This document shows, piece by piece, positions 57,903 to 64,000 of a stretch of 64,000 nt of DNA. Location: assembly GCA_944392955.1 (NCBI GenBank), contig CALXYK010000007.1, positions 11,003 through 75,002 on the forward strand, written 5' to 3'. How positions within the stretch are numbered: position 1 is the first letter of the stretch; every line of letters starts with the position of its first letter. Origin of the DNA: an uncultured Alphaproteobacteria bacterium. Lineage in GTDB: Bacteria > Pseudomonadota > Alphaproteobacteria > Rs-D84 > CACZYB01. The notes below the pieces were generated by a model. It searched no databases, had not been told where the DNA came from, and was given only the letters and a program-made list of their open reading frames with translations. A program made the position numbers and the translations under genes.

Positions 57903-59705
57903 ATGATTAAATCCCCGATGGATGATAGTCAGACTTTTTTAGTGGACGAAAATACATCAGTTAATAAATTTCGTTGGCGTTTGTTGAAAAACGATGAACG
58001 CCAGATTATGTCGCTTTCGCAAAAATATAATTTGCCGGATATAATATCAAAAATTATATGTTCAAGAAATATTTCAATAGACGAGGCAAAGGATTACATA
58101 AATCCACAAATTAAAAATTTACTTCCTTCACCTTTTATTTTAAAAGATATGGATAAGGCAGTATCCCGAATCGTATCCGCTATATACAAAGGTGAAAGCA
58201 TAGGTATATTCGGAGATTATGATGTTGATGGTGCGACATCTACTGCAATTTTATACAGGTTTTTATATGATGTAGGGGTAAAACACATCTACATTCATAT
58301 TCCCGACCGACAAACCGAAGGCTATGGACTAAACACAGATGGGTTAAAGGAATTACAAAAAAAAGGTGCAAGTTTAGTTGTGGCTGTTGATTGTGGAATA
58401 ACAGGCTTTGATGCGGTTGATATGGCTAATCAAATGAATTTAGATATAGTAATAGCCGATCACCATGAATCCGAAGTTAAGGTTCCCGATGCCATAGCGG
58501 TAGTAGATCCCAAAAGGATAGATGACGATTCCCACCTTAATTACCTGGCTGCGTGCGGAGTAGTATTTTTACTAACTGTTGCATTGAATAAAACATTAAG
58601 GGACGAAGGATATTATAAGGAAAAGGGTATTTCAGAACCTGATTTATTTTCATATTTGGATTTAGTCGCATTGGGAACTGTTTGCGATGTCGTCCCTTTG
58701 ATAGGTGTCAACAGGGCATTTGTTTCCGTTGGTATAAAGGTTATGGCAAAACGACAAAATGTAGGGTTAAAGGCCTTATGTGATATTTCTGGTGTTAATA
58801 CCAGCCCAACCGTATACCATCTTGGTTATATATTAGGGCCAAGGATAAATGCAGGTGGCAGGGTTGGAAATTCAGCAATAAGTGCGGATCTTTTAACAAC
58901 ACGAAATCCTTTGACTGCTGATAATTTAGCAACCAAATTAAATAATTTTAATATAGAAAGAAAAGATATAGAGGCAAATGTATTAAGAGAGGCATTTGAA
59001 AAGGTAAGTTCAGAACTTAAACCTGATGATAATTTTATATTCATAAGTGGTCATAATTGGCATACAGGTGTAATAGGTATAATAGCAGGTAGGATAAAGG
59101 AAAGATACAATCTTCCAACATGTGTTGCAACCATAGATGAAAATGGTATTGCAAACGGAAGTGGGCGTAGCATTCCAGAAATAGATTTAGGAACTGCTAT
59201 TATCAAGGCAAAGGAAATGGGAATTTTGACCGAAGGTGGTGGCCATTCTATGGCTGCTGGTTTTACCTTATCCCAAGACAAGATAGAGGAGTTCAAAAAA
59301 TTTCTTCATAATTATGTAGAACACAGCACCCAATCACAAAAAATAATTCCTGTCTTAAATATAGATTCTGTAATTGATATAACAGGTATAAACAGCGAGT
59401 TAATAAAAAAACTTTCAATTTTAGAACCTTTTGGAACTGCAAATGACGAACCTAGATTTGCAATTTTGCATGCAAAATTAACAGGCAGTGATGCCCTTAA
59501 TGGAGGTCATATAAGATGTTATTTTGCATCTGATAATGGACGAAGCATTTCTGCAATCTGTTATAAATGTATAGATACAGAAATGGGTGAAATTTTATTA
59601 AGTGAAATAGGAAACAGATTTAACTTAGCAGGAAAGATTCGTTCTAATGAATGGAACGGAAAGAAACACATACAATTTATAATAGAAGATATTGCAAAGG
59701 AATAA
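57903..59705 (+). CDS. recJ: single-stranded-DNA-specific exonuclease RecJ
   Basis: DHH motifs GDYDVDGATS, DHH, and DHHE. 600 aa. Confidence 0.93.
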   Translation: MIKSPMDDSQTFLVDENTSVNKFRWRLLKNDERQIMSLSQKYNLPDIISKIICSRNISIDEAKDYINPQIKNLLPSPFILKDMDKAVSRIVSAIYKGESIGIFGDYDVDGATSTAILYRFLYDVGVKHIYIHIPDRQTEGYGLNTDGLKELQKKGASLVVAVDCGITGFDAVDMANQMNLDIVIADHHESEVKVPDAIAVVDPKRIDDDSHLNYLAACGVVFLLTVALNKTLRDEGYYKEKGISEPDLFSYLDLVALGTVCDVVPLIGVNRAFVSVGIKVMAKRQNVGLKALCDISGVNTSPTVYHLGYILGPRINAGGRVGNSAISADLLTTRNPLTADNLATKLNNFNIERKDIEANVLREAFEKVSSELKPDDNFIFISGHNWHTGVIGIIAGRIKERYNLPTCVATIDENGIANGSGRSIPEIDLGTAIIKAKEMGILTEGGGHSMAAGFTLSQDKIEEFKKFLHNYVEHSTQSQKIIPVLNIDSVIDITGINSELIKKLSILEPFGTANDEPRFAILHAKLTGSDALNGGHIRCYFASDNGRSISAICYKCIDTEMGEILLSEIGNRFNLAGKIRSNEWNGKKHIQFIIEDIAKE

Positions 59706-59707
59706 AA

Positions 59708-61036
59708 ATGAAAAAAATACTAATTATAACCTGTCTTGTAATTTTTAGTTCAATAAAAATAGTTTATTCGCAAAATGCCCCAGCATTAAAGGAGTTAACC
59801 GAAGCACCTGAGGAAATAGAAGGTTATAATGCAAAAGAATTTAATGAGTGGTTAGAGGATTTTAAGGAAAAGGCAAGGAAAAAATATAAAATAAGTCAAA
59901 AGACGTTAGATACAGCATTTAAAAATATAAAGTATAATCCAAAGGTAATAAAATCAGACAGAAAACAACCAGAGTTTATGAGGACTTTTTGGAAATATTT
60001 TGATAGTGCCCTTAAACCAGAAAGGGTTGCCGATGGTCGTATAATGTTAAAAAAATACAAGACATTATTAAAAAATGTTTCTGAAAAATATGGTGTTCCA
60101 AAGGAAATAATAGTTGCCTTTTGGGGTATGGAAACATATTACGGAAAAATATTGGGTAATTATAATATAATAGATTCTTTAACTACATTGGCATTTGATC
60201 CACGAAGGACGGACTTTTTCTCTTCGGAGTTAATCCAAGCATTAAAAATAATAGATGCGGGCCATATGAAACCATCACAGATGATAGGTTCATGGGCTGG
60301 TGCATTTGGTAATTTCCAGTTTTTACCATCTACTTTTAACAGGTATGCAGTTGATGGTGATGGCGACGGCAAAATAAATCTTATAAGTAATATATCAGAT
60401 GCTATGCATTCAGCAGGCAACTATTTATCAAAAATGGGTTGGGATAAAAAATACCGTTGGGGTCGCCCAGTATTGATAGCAAAGGATGATAAAAAAATTT
60501 GGGAATATGTTAATTCAAATGAATGGGAACCATTAAGTTTTTTCCGTTCACTAGGTGTAAAACAATTAGATGGAAACCTAGTTGCAAACAAAGATATAAA
60601 GGCAAGTTTAATAGCCCCAAACGGAGTAGAAGGTCCAGTTTTCATTGTATATAATAACTTTAAACTTATAATGAATTGGAATGCCTCAACTAACTATGCT
60701 CTTTCAATAGGTCTATTATCAGATGCCTTAAAAACAGATACAATTCCTATATTTGATAGGCCTGAAAATTGGGATAAAATGCAGGCTATGAGTACAAATC
60801 AAATACGACAAATCCAAGAAAAACTTGCCTCACTTGATATTTACGATTCAAAGGCAACTGGTTTATATGGTAAAAAAACTATGAAGGCTATAAAAAAGTA
60901 TCAAAAAAAGTTATTAGATGGTGATGAAGATGTCTCAAAAACAGGAAAGGAAATCACATTTTACAAATCTGGAAAGCCAGTAATTCCAGATGGTTACCCT
61001 TCGTTTGATTTATACGAACAAATGTTTGATAAATAA
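59708..61036 (+). CDS. lytic murein transglycosylase (MltB-like) with a C-terminal peptidoglycan-binding-like domain
   Basis: Signal peptide MKKILIITCLVIFSS. MltB-family motifs (FWGMETYYG, GAFGNFQFLPSTF). Confidence 0.7.
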   Translation: MKKILIITCLVIFSSIKIVYSQNAPALKELTEAPEEIEGYNAKEFNEWLEDFKEKARKKYKISQKTLDTAFKNIKYNPKVIKSDRKQPEFMRTFWKYFDSALKPERVADGRIMLKKYKTLLKNVSEKYGVPKEIIVAFWGMETYYGKILGNYNIIDSLTTLAFDPRRTDFFSSELIQALKIIDAGHMKPSQMIGSWAGAFGNFQFLPSTFNRYAVDGDGDGKINLISNISDAMHSAGNYLSKMGWDKKYRWGRPVLIAKDDKKIWEYVNSNEWEPLSFFRSLGVKQLDGNLVANKDIKASLIAPNGVEGPVFIVYNNFKLIMNWNASTNYALSIGLLSDALKTDTIPIFDRPENWDKMQAMSTNQIRQIQEKLASLDIYDSKATGLYGKKTMKAIKKYQKKLLDGDEDVSKTGKEITFYKSGKPVIPDGYPSFDLYEQMFDK

Positions 61037-61079
61037 AAATGTTTCGTATATAATATTAATAATCAAACAGGAATTATAA

Positions 61080-64000
61080 ATGGCAAATGTTTTTAATATA
61101 TCTCCTCGCTACCCTTTTCTAGATGTGTTGGCTAGATATATATTAGAAACTAGCAAACAATCAAATATAAACATAGCAAATGATATAGTTTTATTACCGA
61201 CTCGTAGAGCATGTCGCCGGTTAAAAGAGATATTTTTTGAGTTAAAAGGACAAGAAGCAACTCTCCTTCCAAAAATTTTACCATTGGGTGATGTTGATGA
61301 AGATGGAGTTTCATTTATAGATTATGCCAATGATGATCTTATAACAGATTTGCCACCAGCAATAAGTAATATAGAAAGAAATTTACTATTATCTTATTTT
61401 ATAAAAAAATATAATGAACAAATTACAGAGGAACAGGCCTATTCTTTGGCAGTTGATTTATCTCACCTTATGAATACGGTAGAGATGGAGGAGTTAAATT
61501 TTTCCAACCTTAAAAACATAGTTCCAGAGGAATTTTCGGAACATTGGCAAAATACATTAAAATTTTTAACTATTATAACCGAAGAATTTCCCAAAATATT
61601 AAAAGAATTTAACTTATTAAATCCTGTTGATAGGAATGTAAAACTAATAAAAAAACAAATAGAATTTTGGAAATTATATCCTCCACATGGTCGTATTTTC
61701 GCAGCAGGTTCAACCGGTTCTTTGGTTCCCATTTCTGAAATGTTAGTATATATTAGCAATCTTAAAAATGGTTTTTTAATATTACCTGGACTTGATAAAA
61801 ATATCTCAGATTCTGATTTTGAATTACTAACATCTGATTTTCCATTTACAAATCAAAATCATCCGCAATATGGCCTATTAAAATTATTAAAAAAATTAGA
61901 TATCAAAATATCCGAAATCCCTGAATTACCATTGTTTAAGGATTATAAAGATATAAGTTCTTCTGACAGGGAATTTCTATCCAGTAAAATAATGATTTTG
62001 CCAGATATGCATGATAGTTGGCAGAATATGCCCAAATTAGAAGATAGTGTATTAGATGGTGTTTCTGAAATCAGATTGGATAACGAAGCAGAAGAGGTTT
62101 TTGCAATTTCATGTTTATTAAGGAAAAGTGTTGCAGAAAATAAAAAAACGATACTTATTACACCAGACAGAAAAATTGCGAAATCAGTATCCAGTGAACT
62201 TAAAAGATGGAACATAATAGTAGATGATTCCGCCGGTGTCCCAGCCAGTGATACAACCACTGGTAATTATATTATTTTGCTATTAAAAATGTTGTATAAT
62301 GATTTTTCCCCTTATTCATTATTATCAGTTTTAAAACACGAATATACTCGTATCAATTATGATAAAGAGACTCTAAATAATTTAACAGAAAAGTTAGAAA
62401 CAAAATTTCTAAGGGAAAATAGTTGTATTGATAATTTAGAAAAACTTTTATCATTAACAGAAACAGATTCTGATATACACAACTTATTGTTATCAATAAA
62501 AACTATAACATCTGAATTTTATTCTTTAATGCAAAACGAAGATAAATACCCACTTTATGAATTATTGAAAAAACACATAGAGTTAGTTGAAAAATTTGTT
62601 TCATATTCTGATATAAATACCTCTGAAATTTTATGGGCAACTGATTTACACTCTTCGTTATCAGAGGAGTTAGGCATCCTATTAAATTCATTGAAAGCAA
62701 TACAAATAGATAATCTTCCAATAGATAAGATGACTGCGAATGCATATTTTAAGTTTATTTCAAATTACCTATTATCTTTAAAACTTCGCCCAAGTATAAA
62801 TACACATCCCAATATTGCAATAATGAATTCCATAGAAGCCAGATTGATGGATGCAGATTTATATATTATGTCAGGTTTAAACGAAGATATTTTCCCAAGG
62901 GTAAATAGTGATGATCCATGGATGAATCGCCCTATGAAAGCGAAGTTTAAATTACCACTTCCCGAAAGAAAAGTTGGATTATCTTCTCACGATTTCGTTG
63001 AGTTTTTCTGTAAAAAAAATGTAATTATGACTTATGCATCAAAGATGGATAATACCAGCATGATGACATCTCGTTGGCTTACAAAACTATCTGCAATAGT
63101 GGATATAGGACACATAGTTTGGAAAGATGAGGTAAGTAAAGAAGTTTTATCATGGATAAACAAAGATAAGGAATATAAGAAAAAGGAACTTTGTAAAAGG
63201 CCATCTCCTTGTCCTCCTTTGTATGCACGACCTGATACTTTATCTGCCACCTGGATAGAAAAATGGTATAGGGATCCGTATATAGTATATGCTGGTAAAA
63301 TACTTGATTTAAAAAAATTATTTGAAATAAATCAAGAAGTAAGTTTTAGAGAGTTTGGAAATATAATTCACGAAAGTTTAGAAGAATTTAAAAAGAAAAA
63401 TTTATCTTCATATGATTCGTTAATAGATATTATGATAAGAAAATCATTACCATATAAAACTATTGCACAAATAGATTTTTGGTATTCAAAATTCAAAGTT
63501 ATTGCAAAATGGTTTGTTGATTATGAAAGGCAGTTAAAGGATATAGTCAACATTTCCTTTTTAGAAGAAACTGGCGAATATCAAATTACACCTACATTTA
63601 AAATTACCGCTAAGGCAGATCGTATAGATATTTTAAATGATTTCGGAGCTTGTATTTATGATTATAAAACAGGATCTGTTCCGAAACAAAAAGATGTGGA
63701 AACATATTCTCCACAACTTCCAATAGAAGCCATAATCCTACAAAATCAAGGTTTTAAAAATATTAAAATAAAACCTAAATATATAAATTTCAGGTATATA
63801 AAATTAGATGGTAAAGATAAAAAAACACTACCTAACAAATTAAATACATCGGAAAACGATGAAATAATTAAAACTACTATAAACAATTTAAAAGAAACAA
63901 TATCCGAGTTTTCAAAAGAAACTACACCATATATCTCTCGCCCTAATCCTGATAAGACAGGACATTTAATAGAAACATATTCTGAATACACTCATCTTGC
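61080..64000 (+). CDS. addB: double-strand break repair protein AddB (alphaproteobacterial type), 3' partial at the window edge
   Basis: Open frame from the ATG at 61080 to the window end (missing from the ORF track because it has no stop). C-terminal RecB-like nuclease motif ADRIDIL...IYDYKTG. Confidence 0.7.
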   Translation, partial: MANVFNISPRYPFLDVLARYILETSKQSNINIANDIVLLPTRRACRRLKEIFFELKGQEATLLPKILPLGDVDEDGVSFIDYANDDLITDLPPAISNIERNLLLSYFIKKYNEQITEEQAYSLAVDLSHLMNTVEMEELNFSNLKNIVPEEFSEHWQNTLKFLTIITEEFPKILKEFNLLNPVDRNVKLIKKQIEFWKLYPPHGRIFAAGSTGSLVPISEMLVYISNLKNGFLILPGLDKNISDSDFELLTSDFPFTNQNHPQYGLLKLLKKLDIKISEIPELPLFKDYKDISSSDREFLSSKIMILPDMHDSWQNMPKLEDSVLDGVSEIRLDNEAEEVFAISCLLRKSVAENKKTILITPDRKIAKSVSSELKRWNIIVDDSAGVPASDTTTGNYIILLLKMLYNDFSPYSLLSVLKHEYTRINYDKETLNNLTEKLETKFLRENSCIDNLEKLLSLTETDSDIHNLLLSIKTITSEFYSLMQNEDKYPLYELLKKHIELVEKFVSYSDINTSEILWATDLHSSLSEELGILLNSLKAIQIDNLPIDKMTANAYFKFISNYLLSLKLRPSINTHPNIAIMNSIEARLMDADLYIMSGLNEDIFPRVNSDDPWMNRPMKAKFKLPLPERKVGLSSHDFVEFFCKKNVIMTYASKMDNTSMMTSRWLTKLSAIVDIGHIVWKDEVSKEVLSWINKDKEYKKKELCKRPSPCPPLYARPDTLSATWIEKWYRDPYIVYAGKILDLKKLFEINQEVSFREFGNIIHESLEEFKKKNLSSYDSLIDIMIRKSLPYKTIAQIDFWYSKFKVIAKWFVDYERQLKDIVNISFLEETGEYQITPTFKITAKADRIDILNDFGACIYDYKTGSVPKQKDVETYSPQLPIEAIILQNQGFKNIKIKPKYINFRYIKLDGKDKKTLPNKLNTSENDEIIKTTINNLKETISEFSKETTPYISRPNPDKTGHLIETYSEYTHL

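Overview
This 64-kb window is AT-rich (roughly 28-30% GC by eye) and gene-dense, and it reads like chromosome from a reduced-genome alphaproteobacterium, most plausibly a Rickettsiales-like intracellular bacterium. The lineage call rests on alpha-type markers: rpoH, a MucR/Ros regulator, a short alpha-type ProRS, a divergent secB/Tim44-like pair, the FYDLN_acid protein, and a scattered type IV secretion system (virB3-virB4 in one place, an orphan virB11 elsewhere). Most genes are housekeeping (mnmG, ileS, rsmG-parA-parB with a parS site, uvrD, frr-uppS-cdsA, rsmI-smpB, infA, proS, xerD, greA, rpsB-tsf, ruvC, lpxC/lpxL, dnaJ, trmB, recJ, addB partial). There are four tRNAs: Gln-CUG, Gln-UUG, His with an encoded G-1, and Val-GAC. 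I found no transposases, CRISPR arrays or prophage genes. The stretches worth a second look are listed below.
- Positions 1101-3182: a tandem-duplicated pair of radical-SAM enzymes co-transcribed with mnmG, each with a SPASM/twitch-like Cys-rich domain placed before, not after, the CX3CX2C core.
- Positions 15139-16854: two tRNA-Gln genes bracketing a Firmicutes/plant-type acyl-ACP thioesterase and a tandem double-ArsR regulator.
- Positions 11073-14474: an HExxH (DUF922-like) putative metalloprotease fused onto the virB3-virB4 operon.
- Positions 17628-17856: a cluster of five TGTTAATAA motifs upstream of a DUF1653-Nudix operon.
- Positions 46458-46869: a roughly 410-bp non-coding stretch between tsf and tRNA-Val with a strong hairpin, a possible small RNA.
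- Positions 38583-38702: an unannotated LptM-like mini-lipoprotein gene.
- Positions 53779-56033: a membrane-protein/HD-phosphohydrolase pair.
- Positions 49950-50360: a MucR/Ros homolog that has lost three of its four zinc ligands.
Every functional call comes from motif recognition by eye. No database searches were run.
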